Positions 49,684 through 63,133 of a stretch of DNA of 64,000 bases are shown here, one piece after another. A program made the position numbers and the translations under genes. Origin of the DNA: Mobula hypostoma (taxonomy: Eukaryota); assembly GCF_963921235.1 (NCBI RefSeq), contig NC_086097.1, forward strand, positions 42,720,001 through 42,784,000, in the 5' to 3' direction. Under the pieces are notes generated by a model, which was not told the origin of the DNA, made no database searches, and saw nothing but the letters and a program-made list of their open reading frames with translations. Numbering within the stretch: the first letter of the stretch is position 1; every line of letters begins with the position of its first letter.

Positions 49684-50369
49684 ACCTCGCCACCCCACCC
49701 CACCCCACACCCCAACAACTACTGCTTGATCATTTCCTGTCAGAGTCACCACTCCAGTGCCGAGTGTCACTTTATGGACATACAATCAATCTACATTTCT
49801 AAATTATCCTACAGTAAATACTCGTATTTATTGTGTATTTTTATTTTTGTGTTTTTTATCTTGCTGTGTTTATTTTGGCCTGCATTGGATGTGGATCAAC
49901 AATTATTTCATTCTCCTTTACACTAGTCCACTGGAAATTACATTAAACAATCTTGAATCTTAAACAAATACTCTGAAGCCTGGATTTTGTCTTTATTTAG
50001 GAAAACTTTCTTCCTTGGACAGATATCAACATTTGCTGCTGTTAAACACACTCGCTTTCTCAAAATGTCAATGGCCTTACATAACAAAGGATAAACAAGC
50101 AGTTTCTGATAACGTTGAACAGCAGATAATCAGCAACACAATGTGTATATTGTGTGGGACAGGTACAACTTCCTGCCAGCACAACCTAGATACTTATCAG
50201 AATTCCTTGTTATGTTTTGTTTTTCTTTGGGATGTGTTAATTTGGTACTGTGTTATTGTCTTTGTTTGTTTGTTTATTTACTTAGCGATACAACACTGAG
50301 CAGGCTTCTCTGACCCAACCCACACTGTCCAGCAACCCCCCTATTTAACCCTCGCCTAACCACAGGACA

Positions 50370-50550
50370 AACAAGAGAAAATCTGCAGATGCTGAAAATC
50401 CAAGCAACACACCCAAAATGCTGGGAAGAACTCAGCAGGCCAGGCAGCATTTATGGAAAAGAGTACAGCGACTCTTTGGGCTGAGTCTGTGTACTCTTTT
50501 CCATAAATATGCCTGGCCTGTGGGTTCCCCCTGCATTTCGCATGTATTGC
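50370..50550. mobile_element. Penelope-derived inverted insertion inside a SINE
   Basis: Inverted arms around 50480; flanking near-duplication CTAACCACAGGA / CTAATCACAGGA. Confidence 0.65.
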
Positions 50551-51224
50551 TAATCACAGGAAGTTTGCAATGTCCAATTAACTTACCGACCGGGCTTTGG
50601 ACTGTGGGAGGAAACCAGATCATATTGGAGGAAACACACATGGTCACGGAGAGGAACGTACAAGTTGCTTACGTAGACATCGGAATTAAACTCTGAACTA
50701 ACGCCCTTCCCCGCCCACCAAACTGTAATAGTATTACACTAACCACCGTGCGACTGTGGCAGCAACCATCTTGTCTCAAAGTACATGATCATTATTAAAT
50801 TGAAAGGCCCACTGTTAATTGTAGTGATTTAAATGTGACTGCATGGTGGGGCAGTGGGTGTAAACTATACACTCGAGCTGTTTACAAAGCTCACATTGCA
50901 GGATGGTGTGTGAGGCCTGTACTTTGGAAATGTGTGAATACTCCACACTTAGTTTTATAAAATACTCAGCTGACAAAGTAACTGTGGTTCAGGTTAAGAT
51001 GGTTCAGGCCATCAACAGGTTGAAGAGACTTTGCCTGTGCCTGGCCAATGAGCTCCGTCCCTGGGATAGCTGAGGCCTGACAAAACTAGATGATAGGGTG
51101 GTTAAGATGGCACACCCAGAGTCAAAAATACCCAGTCCTGATAAGGGTCTTGGCCTGAAATATTGACTCTTCATTCCTCTTCATAGTTGCTGCCTGACCT
51201 GCTGAGATCCTCCAGCCTTTGTGC

Positions 51225-52140
51225 ATCTTACTCAGAAGACACATGGTGAGTTGGCCTTCATTAGTAAGGGGATTGATTTCAAGAGCCATGAGGTAATGTT
51301 GCAGCTTTATAAAACTCTGATTAGACAACATGGAACATTAGGTCCAATTCTGGTCTCCTCATTACAGGAAGGATGTGACGGTGGTAGAAAGGATGCAGAA
51401 GAGGTTCACAAGGGTGCTGATGAGCTTGGGGAGCGTAGGCTGAGTGAGGTGAGGTCGGACTTTTCTCTTTGGAGCATTAGAGGTGACAAGATGATAAGAG
51501 GCATAGATAGAGTGCACAGCCCAGAGACTTCTTCCCCAAGAAGGAAATGGCTACGATGAGAGGGCATAATAGCCATTTACGGGTTGCCACGGTAGCACAG
51601 TGGCTAGCGTGACATTATTACAGTTTGGGTTGTTCTGGAGTTCGGAGTTCAACTCCAGCGCCATTTTGTAAGAAGTCTTCATATATCCTCCTCATGGAAT
51701 GCATGGGTTTTCCCAGCTGCTCTGGTTTCCTCCCATACTCCAAAGATGCACCGTGTTGGTTAATTGGTCACTATAAATTATCTCATGGTTAGGTTAAGGT
51801 TAATCAGGGTTGTGGGGTTACAGGGGTGGCGTGATTCAAGAGGGCAGAAGGACCTTCTCCGTGCTGTACTCACTAAGTAAGTAAAATAAAAATAAAATAA
51901 AATTATTTTAAGATGATTGGAGGAAAGTATAGGGAGAATGCTAAGAGGGAATTTTTTTTTCCACGCAGAGAGTGGAGGATGCATTGAACACACTGCCAGA
52001 GGTAATGATAGAAGCAAATACATTAGGAGCATTTAAGAAACTCTCAGATAGGCACATGGATGAAAGAAAGGTGGGAAGGAAGGATTAGATCAGTCTTACA
52101 ATAAGTTAAAACAACATCGTGGGTAGAAAGGCCTGAACCG
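51225..52140 (+). mobile_element. Degenerate CR1 fragment with a nested SINE (51585-51900)
   Basis: LAFISKGIDFKSHEVMLQLYKTLIRQH and KMIRGIDRV. Confidence 0.75.
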
Positions 52141-52392
52141 ATCACTGTGCTGAATTACGGTTCCAGACGGTGTCTCAGTCTGTGGGATTCCTGTCACAGA
52201 TCACTGCAATATGGTGTCTAGACAGTGTCTCAGTCTGTGGGATTCCTATCACAGATCACTGAGTTAATGTGTCCAGCCAATGTGTCACAGTCTGTGGGAT
52301 ACCTGTCACAGATCACTGAGTTAATGTGTCCGGACCATGTCTCAGTCTGTGGGATTCCTGTCACAGATCACTGAGTTACCATGTCTAGACCG
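52141..52392. repeat. Minisatellite, 55-59 bp unit, about 4.5 copies
   Basis: Core TGTCTCAGTCTGTGGGATTCCTGTCACAGATCACTG repeated 4 times. Confidence 0.9.
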
Positions 52393-52680
52393 GACTCTGA
52401 GATGGGGTGTGGGATGGGAGGGGATGGGAGGGGATGGAAGGAGATGGGGGTCAGACTGTCCACCTCAGACTGGACTCTGAGATCGGGGTGGGGGGGAGGA
52501 GATGGGGGTTAGACTATCCACCTCAGACTGGACTCCTCTGAAATGGGGAGCAGGAGATTGGGGAGATGGGAGTTAGACTGTCTACCCCCAAAACTTTAAC
52601 TCCTGGGATGGGGTGGGGGTCCAGATGGGGGATGGACTGTCCACCTCAGAACGAACTCCTGAGATGGGGTTAGTTGGGGG
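52390..52680 (+). repeat. G-rich minisatellite, about 60-bp unit, 4-5 copies
   Basis: GGAGATGGGGGTTAGACTGTCCACCTCAGACTGGACTCTGAGAT-like units with G-runs. Confidence 0.8.
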
Positions 52681-52759
52681 AAGAGTGGTGGTTCAAACAT
52701 AAAAGTAAGATAATGAAATTCCCAGTAATGAATATTCCCAGATATTTGCTCACAGTTAA

Positions 52760-53337
52760 ACCCTCAGTGGACACTTTATTAGCTAACTCCTGTACCTAAT
52801 AAAATACCCACTGAGTGTATGTTCATGGTCTTCTGCTGCTGTAGCCCATCCACCTCAAGGTTTGGTATGTTGTGCATTCAGAGATGCTCTTCTGCACACC
52901 CCTGTTGTAACGCATAGTTATTTGAGTTACTGTCGCCTTCTTGTCAGCTTGAACCAATATGGCCATTCTCCTCTGACCTCTCTCATTAGCAAGGTGTTTT
53001 TACCTTCAGATTTGCAGCTCATTGAATTTTTAAATTTATTTCTTGCATCATTTTCTGTGAACTCTAGAGACTGTAGTGTGTGAAAATCCCAGGATATCAG
53101 CAGTTTCGGGAGATACTTAAATCACCCCATCTGGCACCAACTATAATTCCACGGTCAAAATCACTTAGATCACATTTCTTCCCCATTCTGATGTTTGGTC
53201 TGAACAACAGCTGAACCTTTTCTGACCATGTCTGCATGCTTTTATACATTGAGTTTCTGCCGCATGACTGGCTGATTAGATATTTGCATTAATGAGCAGG
53301 TGTACAGCTATATGTAATAAAGTGGCCACTGAGTCTA
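52760..53337 (-). mobile_element. Tc1-like non-autonomous transposon, same family as 34425-34965
   Basis: CTCAGTGG.CACTTTATTA...TAATAAAGTGGCCACTGAG TIRs; collinear similarity with the 34.4-kb copy. Confidence 0.85.
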
Positions 53338-56300
53338 TGTTTTCCACTGTGTGTAGCTGGAATCCTCCCAGAATTTTCCTCGGAATCAGAGAACATTTTC
53401 TGTCAGCAATGCAATTACTCGGCAAGTAAAGGGAGAAAGTGCAGAATAGCCATAGATCTGTTGCCAGCTCCACGTCGTTTGCCAATCACCGTGCTCAGGT
53501 CTGGAAACCTTCCCATTACAGTTTGTGTCCCTTTAGCCAACTGTTGGCAGGGAAACAAAAACACAATGTGTCAGGAGCGAAATAACATCTTTACTAAAGC
53601 ATTTTCAAAAAGACATTTCCTGCAACAGTCAGCAGATTACTTTGGCAACGGCAACTTAATTCCATTTTTGTTTTAAAATCTATTTGTACCTTTTACGGCA
53701 GTTTCCTTTATGATTTAAGGAGAACAATAAGGCCTGTGTTAAAAGTGCTGTCTATCTCCTAGCAAAAGTCTCCAAGTAATTCTCAAAACAGAAATTAACA
53801 TCTTACTGTACACTCCATACAGTTTTAAAATTTTCAAACTCCCGGTGGTCAGTTTTCTTACAATATTCATCTACCATGTTTCGTTAACATTTGTTTTTAA
53901 CTCAAGCAGACAGGTGGTTCTGAAATCTGTCAACTGCTTGCAAGATGCCATCAGGCAGATACCTGTTGAATGTAAGTCACAGTAACTGGTAGCATCAGTA
54001 ACAAGGTCGAGATCTCTAATTTAATAGAGTGCATTTTAAAAAATCCCTCTCACTGGTAACAGTGAGATCTTTTAATCTATCCCCCAGTCCTCGCTTAGTG
54101 GAAGAATAAGCCAGACCAGGAACCTGGGCTATATTATTTTTTTCCTCTTTGTGACTGTATGTTTTTCTGAAACTGTAATCATATGTGCTATTTGTGCTTT
54201 GTGCTTTGTGCTGTGTGCTGCTGGTAACGTGATTTGCACCTTGGCCCTGGAGGAGCCCTGTTTCACTTGGCTACATTCATGTACAAATAAATAATAATTA
54301 AACTTGAACTTGAAACTTCAAGTAAGCCATAGGCTTAAAGAATTTTAAAACACAGACGTGTGCCCTTTCAGTCACCTCTTTTGCACATTGGATGCTTGTC
54401 AGATTTTGTTTGTTTTTGTGTAACTTTTTATGTAATTCACGTATTAAGAGATGCAGGCCTTCCCTGCCCGCCAGAGCAGCAGCGTCCAATTACACCCATG
54501 TGACCAATTAAGCTGCTAACCCGTATGTCTTTGGAATGCGGGAGGAAACCAGAGCACTCGGAAGAAACCTGCATGGCCACAGGAAGAAGATGCAAACTTT
54601 ATAGCAGCAGAAAATGAACCCAGGTGCACTACTAAGTACAACTGTTTAATCGTATTGGTATAATCTATAGAATTCACTATTTACGGACAAAGATATTGCA
54701 AACGATTTTTAAATTTGCTTTTGATATTCACAACTACATAGCTAGGCCCTGCATGCCCATATAATATATAAAGTTTGCCAGGAAGATTTGCTGAATCGGG
54801 CAGGCTACTAATTGGAGGAAAATAAACAATAAGATGCTTTATGCATTGTCTGATCAGAATTTTAGGGGATAATGAGCTGATAAAAGGGGGTCTGAGCCTG
54901 TCCATCTACTGAGGCAACTCACAGCATTACTGAATATCTGTGCTGTGGAAACAGATAGTGTAATGACCCACAGATAATTAGGCACTCATATGGGCAGATT
55001 TATAGGTGGCACATATAGCAGAGTAATTAACATTTGAATGCCAGTCATATCAGCTCATTCAGCACTATATATTTATGCAAAACTTATCAGTAGCCTGCAT
55101 CCTATTCCATAATTTCACTCACCAGCACAAGGCAAAGATTAGACAAAATAATTCAATAATAGTCCCTGCAGTCACACTGCTCCTCAAGAGCAAACTGTTG
55201 ACTAACAGTGGGGCAGATAACAAATCACTTGTCGAAACTCCCACATGAATTGTCAGAGCTTTTGTCCTCAAAAAGTGACAGAAGCAGAGTATTTCACTTT
55301 TATTTTTAAGGTAGATGCGGGTATATTCTTGATAACTATCTGAAATGGAACACATACCTTGCAATGCCTTGGTTTTCTTGGGAAGAACAGTGATAAGCAA
55401 CTCTTACACATATTTTCTTTCAAGCAGAACCCTCAAGTTTATTACTTACATGTTTGTATTGAAGTCCTCAGGTGGCTAACGGGTAACATGAACAATCCAG
55501 TCTCCTCTTTTTCTATGCACTATCCCTATAAATCGCTTTTTGCTTGTCTTGTCTACTATAGGATAATTTTTGAACTTCCAGATTCTTAGACATTGTGATT
55601 GATGAGTTGGGAAGGGCCTAGGTTTAGGGAAATGCTACAAGTTCTCGTCAGGACCTGAGGCCCTAATTGACAGTTCAGGGCCTAAAAGTTCAATGCACAG
55701 CTGGAGAATCTATAAGATGAGAATAAGATCAGTAAGAAGGCCCAGTGGTACAGATCAGAAGGTTAATGTGGCTGAAATGCCAAATTCATTTATCTGCGAA
55801 TATTTGATGAAAGCCCTGAAGTACGGTAGGTGCACCAAAAATATTTTATAGCTTTGTCAATTAACCTTTGGAAGAATATAAAAAAAAGATAATATCTATT
55901 ACAATAACTTCTAGCTATGTTAGTAGCCAGTTTGTCCAGTATGTAAGAAATGGGATCAGAAGTAGGCCTTTCGGCTCTTTAAGCCTGCTCCACCTATATC
56001 AAGACCACAACTGGTCTTTTATCTCAGTGTTGTTTTCTAGCATTTTGTGTGATCTGCGTTAGGTAAATAGGTAACCTGTAAAGAAGAAAATCAGTACCTA
56101 ATTGAGGATCCAAATTGATAGATATATTGATATAAATTGCTGTACCCTGTGGCACATCAAGCAAATCAATGATGAGTAAATCTGCAGATGCTGGGAATCC
56201 AGAGGAACACACACACACACATTTTGTTCGAAGATTCACTGTTATTTTCATACCACCGACTTAATTAAAAGTGTATGTATATTGAATATCTTATTTGCCT

Positions 56301-57998
56301 TTCAATGTGAATACAAACATACAAATCTGTGAACGTATGAATTAGGAGCAAAATTTGGGCAACTTGGTCTGTCAAGTTTGCTTCACCATTTAATATGATC
56401 TGATTCTAATTCCACATTCCAGTCTTCCCACTGTAACATTTCATCCTTTACTTATTGAGAATCTGTATATCTCTGATTTTAAATTATTCAAAGATAGTTT
56501 GCAATTCCCTTTGCTGAAGAGGATTCTAAAGGCCCACCACCTTCTAAAAAAAGAAAATTGCACCTCACCCGTCTTAAATGGACAACCCTTTAGTTCTCTC
56601 ACAAGGGGTAGCATCCTCTCCACTACCAAACCATCACAACCTATCAGAATTTTACACATTTCAGTCAACACCCCTCTTCTACTCTAAACTTCAGCAGATA
56701 CAAATCTAGTCTGTCCAACTTTTAATCATCAGACAACCCATCCATTCCAGGTGGTAGTCTAGAAAAGCTTTTCTGAATGCTTCCAATGTATAACATATTG
56801 TTTGAATTAAGGAGAACGATGCTCAATACCCCAGATGAGGTTGCACCAATGTTCTATATAACCAAAGAAAAATCTCCAGAGTTTTATAATCAATTCTCTC
56901 AATATAAACAATAATATTTCTTCCTAATTACATGCTATATCCATATCTTGTAAATTATGCATGAGGACTCCAAGGCCCCTCTATAACTCAGATCTCTGCA
57001 GTCTCTCATCATTGGGATAGTTTGCTATTTTTGGATTTTGCTTGTCTAAGTAGACAAGTGTGTTTTGAGGTGGGGGCTGGGAAACAACTTTTCCGAAGTA
57101 GCAACTATTTCCAATGAACAGACAAAGCTCTATTCACTAGGTTAGCAATCACAATAAACCACAATAAAGTTGATAAGGATAAAATCTTTAATCAACACCA
57201 ACATGAGAAAATGAAAGCAGCAGTGCATGTGTTAAAATTACTGTCAGTAAAGAGATCTAAAAGGTAACAAAGCTGGTGGAGTATGCTTTCTCTATTCTCA
57301 TAAGAACACTCTCCAGTGAAAATACAAGAAACAAAAACAATTGGCCAAAGTCACTGCAGTGGATTCAATAAGTCCAATGATAATTGCAATGTAAGATTTT
57401 TGACAGCATATTACTTGGTAGGCTCCCCTATGAAATAGAGTTCATTTGATTAACACACTGGTCCTGAACTCTATGTTTAATCAAGCTCCTGTCTCTACTC
57501 CACTGTAAAGCCTATTCAGTCAGGTTCCTTTCCCTCATTACAAATATCGATGGACATTTCCTCTTATGCTCTAGCTTCTGAAATTCATCCATTATATACT
57601 GTCATGAAGCAGAAATTAGATTTGTTATAATAGCCGCACCGTATATTTCAGATTCACTGACATGACAAACTGCCCATTTCTCTGCCACATATAGTTGGAA
57701 ATGTGGGTCTGAGAAGTCAATGACATTTCATTATAAGTACCACAACAACCACTGGACTCCTAACTCAGATTACCATCTGTACATTTGTCCCAAAGCTAGA
57801 AAAGGAAGCACAATACTTCAGTAATGCAAACACACTTGGCTGATGAAGGGTCTTGGCTGAAAAGGAGACTGTTTATTCATTTCCGTAGATGATGCCTGAC
57901 CTACAGAGTTCCTCCACCATTTTGTGTTTATTGCTCTGGATTTCCAGTATCTGCAGAATCTCTTGTGTTTACATTTAGCTGAATGCAACTTTCTGTGA

Positions 57999-59350
57999 AG
58001 ACAATAGACAATAGGTGCAGGAATAGGCCATTCGGCCCTTCGAGCCAGCACCGCCATTCATCGTGATCGTGGCTGATCATCCACAATCAGTATCCAGTTC
58101 CTGCCTTATCCCTATAACCTTTGATTCAGCTATCTTTAAGAGCTCTATCCATCTCTTTCTTGAAAGCATCCAGAGACTTGGCCTCCACAGCCTCCTGGGG
58201 CAGAGCATTCCATATATCCACCACTCTCTGGGTGAAAAAGCTTTTCCTCAACTCCGTTCTAAATAGCCTACCCCTTATTCTTAAACTGTGGCCTCTGGTT
58301 CTGGACTCGCCCATCAGCGGGAACATGCTTCCTGCCTCCAACGTGTCCAATCCCTTAATAATCTTATATGTTTCAATAAGATCCCCTCTCAGCCTTCTAA
58401 ATTCCATAGTATACAAGCCCAGTTGCTCCAATCTTTCGACATATGACAGTCCCGCCATCCCGGGAATTAACCTTGTGAACTTACACTGCACTCCCTCAAT
58501 AGCAAGAATGTCCTTCCTCAAATTTGGAGACCAAAACTGCACACAGTACTCCAGGTGTGGTCTCACCAGGGCCCTGTACAGCTGCAGAAGGACCTCTTTG
58601 CTCTTATACTCAATTCCCCTTGTTATGAAGGCCAGCATGCCATTAGCTTTCTTCACTGCCTGCTGTACTTGCATGCTTGCTTTCAGTGACTGATGAACAA
58701 GAACACCTAGATCTCGTTGTACTTCCCCTTTTCCTAATTTGACTCCATTTAGATAATAATCTGCCTTCCTGTTCTTACCACCAAACCTCACATTTATCCA
58801 CATTAAACTGCATCTGCCATGCATCTGCCCACTCACCCAGCCTGTCCAAGTCACCCTGCATTCTCATAACATCCTCCTCACATTTCACACTGCCACCCAG
58901 CTTTGTGTCATCGGCAAATTTGCTAATGTTACTTTTAATTCCCTCATCTAAATCATTAATATATATTGTAAACAGCTGCAGTCCCCGCACTGAACCCTGC
59001 AGTACCCCACTAGTCACCGCCTGCCATTTCGAAAGGGACCCGTTAATCCCTACTCTTTGTTTTCTGTCAGCCAGCCAATTTTCAATCCATGTCAGTACTC
59101 TGCCCCCAATACCATCTGCCCTAATTTTGCCCACTAATCTCCTATGTGGGACTTTATCAAAGGCTTTCTGAAAGTCCAGGTACACTACATCCACTGGCTC
59201 TCCCTTGTCCATTTTCATAGTTACATCCTCAAAAAAATTCCAGAAGATTAGTCAAGCATGATTTCTCCTTCTTAAATCCATGCTGACTCGGACCAATCCT
59301 GTTACTGCTATCCAGATGTGTAGTAATTTCATCTTTTATAATTGACTCCA
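57999..59350 (-). mobile_element. CR1 LINE ORF2 fragment (duplicate of 28154-29505)
   Basis: Identical ORFs 58126-58854 and 58775-59218. Confidence 0.95.
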
Positions 59351-62300
59351 GAGGCAACTAAATACTTTAGGTGTAATACATTATTGTACGGAGGTCAACT
59401 CAGCCTGGAGGCCTTAAATAAAAAGTGGAAGTGCTAGAAATACACAGCAGGTCAGGCAGCATCTGTGCGAGAGAAACATGGGCAGTGTTCCGAATCAATG
59501 GTCTGCCATCAGAAATAAGAAAAGTTAGAAGTAGACACATCTCATATTGCAGAGAAGGGAAGAGGTGAAAAGAACAAAGAGGATAGAGCGAAGACCAAGT
59601 GACACTGAAAGAGGTAACATTAGTGATGCTGGCAGAGAGGAGGTGATGAGGGTTTGTCTGGGGAAGGTGTAGACGGAAAGAGAACAGAGAGGAAACAAAA
59701 GCACGCTAGAACAGTGAGATACAGACACAGCAGTTGCAGGAAATCTGAAATTAAGAACATCACTAAAAATGGCCAGGAGATCATGTAGCATTTTGTACTG
59801 AGATAAACAAAAATCCAAGTTAACTATATGGGCTGCAAACTCTCACAAGAAATGGCTAATTCTGACATGGACTGGAAAGGTTGGTTATCTGAAGTATACT
59901 GATCACCATCGAGTTTTGAGGCCTGGAATGTGAAATCAGAAGATGTGATGCTGTGTCTCAAGCTAAATTTGGACTTTTTTTTTTGGAACAGTGTAAGACT
60001 ACAGTTCTGATGAAAAGTCGTCAACCTATCAAATGTTAACTGTTTTTCTCCTTCCATAGATGCTGCCTGACCTGTTGGAAATTTCCATCATTTTTCCTTT
60101 ATTTTAGATGTACCGCATCTATAGTTTTCTGCTTCTCAGGTTGTACGTCAAGATTTCATTTTGGAAAAGAGTGTGAAAGTTTAGAAGAAAAATGTTTACT
60201 GCCTTCATTCAAAGAAATTTCCATTAATACCCCATGAGCAAAGACCTATATTGGAATAGTTTGTATTATGTTTCCCTCTGGTGGTGACTGACAAGACTAA
60301 GTCAATACAGGCAAATGGTCATACATACTGGAGAAACATTACTAGCTGAGAACAGAAGCACTCTATGCCCTGCAACAATATACAATTCTGCTTACTTAAT
60401 TTTATATTTTGTTTAAAATTATTTTCTAACTCACCTTAATGGGGAAGAAAGACATAGAAGCTGGAACTGTATGATTTTCATGTGAAAATCATGCAAAAAT
60501 AACTGTTTGGAGCTCACTGCATTGCACTAGAGATCCAATATGAGCCTATTAGTGACCATTAGGAAACTGGGACTTCAAAGATCAATTCATCCTTAGCTCA
60601 GCTAACATTGCCCTTCATCCGTCAGAGCGCTTATGGCCCTGTAGTGAACGCAGCAAACTCACAGTAGGGATTGGTAATTTGGGGGCAAAGAACAACCACC
60701 TCTGTTCCCTCACATAAAGTACTACATCACACAGAGGTTGGAAAGCAAGACCTTGCACACAGCTACAGTTTACAATGTTTCTGAAATACTCCCCTTCACT
60801 GTTAGCAGCCTTGTGTTTTGAATGATAAGCCCCTGTAGACAGAGAGTACATTGAGAGGATATTTCCAATATTGGGAGAGTCTAGGACCAGAGGGCACAGT
60901 CTCAGAATACAAGGACATCCCTTTAGAACAGAGGTGAGGAGGAGGAATTTCTTTAGCCAGAGGGTAGTAAATCTGTGGAGTTCATTGCCACTGACAGCTA
61001 TGGAGTCCAAGTCACTGGGTATATTTAAAGTGAATGTTCATAGGTTCTTGATTGGTTAGAGTGTCAAAGGAAGGACAATGGGGCTGAGAGGGGAAATAAA
61101 TCAGCCATGATTGAATAGTGGAACAGACTCAATGGGCAAAATGGCCTAATTATGGTCTTTTAAATGCTGAACTGCACGGGTGCTCAGTTGCACTCAGCTT
61201 GTGCAAGCTTCGACTTATTCAGAATGTAGGGATCCACTGGGTCAGTGCCCAGCTCGGGAATTGTCCAGACACACTGGAGAGGATCATGTCACATTTCCCC
61301 ACATCTCCATAGGGTCATCCCTGCCACAATAATCCAGTTGTTATGAGGAGAGATCTTTAAGTCCTGTCTCACTTCCCAGCAGTCAGCACAAGCTCTACAC
61401 TGAGATCTCAACTAGAGCCCTACATGAATTATTTCACCATATGAGTGAATGTGTTCAATGCACCACACAACATATTTTTGTCCAGTTCTGCAATCTTTTT
61501 GAAGAACATCAAAGTGGTACTGGCCCTAGGCTGAGCACTTCAAAGAGGAAATCTCTCATTTCTAAGCAACAAGCTTTCAAACCTTACTACTTCTCCCACC
61601 CTGGACATTCTTACTTCTCTCCCCTTCTATCAGGTAGAGAAGTGGCTCCCCGTAGCCGTTTGCATGCGACAGCGGCCACTCCCTGGCCAACGGCTTCGAC
61701 AAGCCGGCTAAACCAGGTGAGGGTAGCCGACGGGTCTCAAACCCTCGGTGAGATAGGGAGTTGTCTATCCCAGCATGTGAAGACAGACTCCAGCAGATTG
61801 AGCGGGCGAGACCAATGGAAGGTCCAACGGTCAAGAAGGCGGTCTCTGCAAGCGTCATGGAATGTGTAGAGCAGGACAAGACACAGAAGACGTCCTGGTC
61901 ATCCACTGCTCCTAGTCCCACCTCCAGCCGTCTCGACTCTGTTTTGCCACTGGATCCAGATGGGAATTGGGAAGAGAGAGTGAGGCTGACGCTGCACAAC
62001 TCTCCCTCACTTAAATCCAAATCATGCGCTAGTCTCAACACCATCATAGTGGTGTCGAGGTCCTCATCGATAACGATGGATGAACACACATCAGGTAGAG
62101 ATTACTATAGATTGAAATCACACACCACAAAGCTCAAGAGCTCTTATTCCAATGTATAAAACTCTTAAATGGTCCTCTTGTATGTAAATGTAAACACTTG
62201 TCCTCACAAGCTACCGCGTTATGGCCCTGCCACCTAATAATAAACATAATAATAATAAATAGCAATTACCAAACAATTCTAAAACAAAGTGAACCTTAGT

Positions 62301-63031
62301 AACAGAGGCAAAAAATGTTGAAAAAACACTTCTGAATATGAAAAGGCTACCAATGCTTAAAATCTGAAATCAAGCCAATAAATGCTGCAAAAATTTGAAA
62401 AGCCTGTAAAGTGAAAAGAAAGGTTCAAGTATTTTAGAGCAAGACAGGTGTAAGGAGTTTGTACATTCTCCCTGTGACCATGTGGGTTTCCTCTGGGTGC
62501 TCCAGCTTCCTTACACCATCCAAAGATGTACCACCTGTTACGTTAGTTGGTCATCGTAAATTGTCCCATGATTAGGCTAGAATTAAATTAGGAGATTGCT
62601 GGGCAATGTGACTCAAAGGGCCGGAAGTGCCTATTCTGCATTGTATCTCAATAAATGAATTAGTTGATTAATTAGTAATTAGATTAATTAACTTCATGCC
62701 AAAACAGAAAGACCAGTTTATATGGAGGCCCTCTATGGGTGTGTCTTCTAAAAGTTGACAAAATCTTTTTTACTCTCCCTTAGAGTAAGGAGTCCTGGTG
62801 CTGGAGTGGTTTAATTGATATCACAGATACTCAGTCTGAATATCTATCTAGAAAAGGTGTTTGACACATAGGTGTTGGGTAGAGCTCCTGCAGCTCTATC
62901 GCAGCAATGTGCCCCTATCTTAACTTTCAATGAATAACAACAGGAATTCTGCAGATGCTGGAAATTCAAGCAACACACATAAAAGTTGCTGGTGAACGCA
63001 GCAGGCCAGGCAGCATCTCTAGGAAGAGGTG

Positions 63032-63133
63032 CAGTCGACGTTTCAGGCCGAGCCCCTTCATCAGGACTAACTGAAGGAAGAGTGAGTAACTCAGTTAGTC
63101 CTGACGAAGGGTCTCGGCCTGAAACGTCGACTG
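63032..63133. ncRNA. Duplicate pair of hammerhead motifs (63032-63069 minus, 63096-63133 plus)
   Basis: Identical to 33187-33288. Confidence 0.8.

Noticed and set aside
44313..49926. Repeated 65-104 aa ORFs (MSESGFMPLQCK..., MYTTCIVK...) as a tandem gene family
   Set aside because: The 167-bp unit is not a multiple of 3; ORFs occur on both strands and stop within about 1-2 units, so they are satellite read-through.
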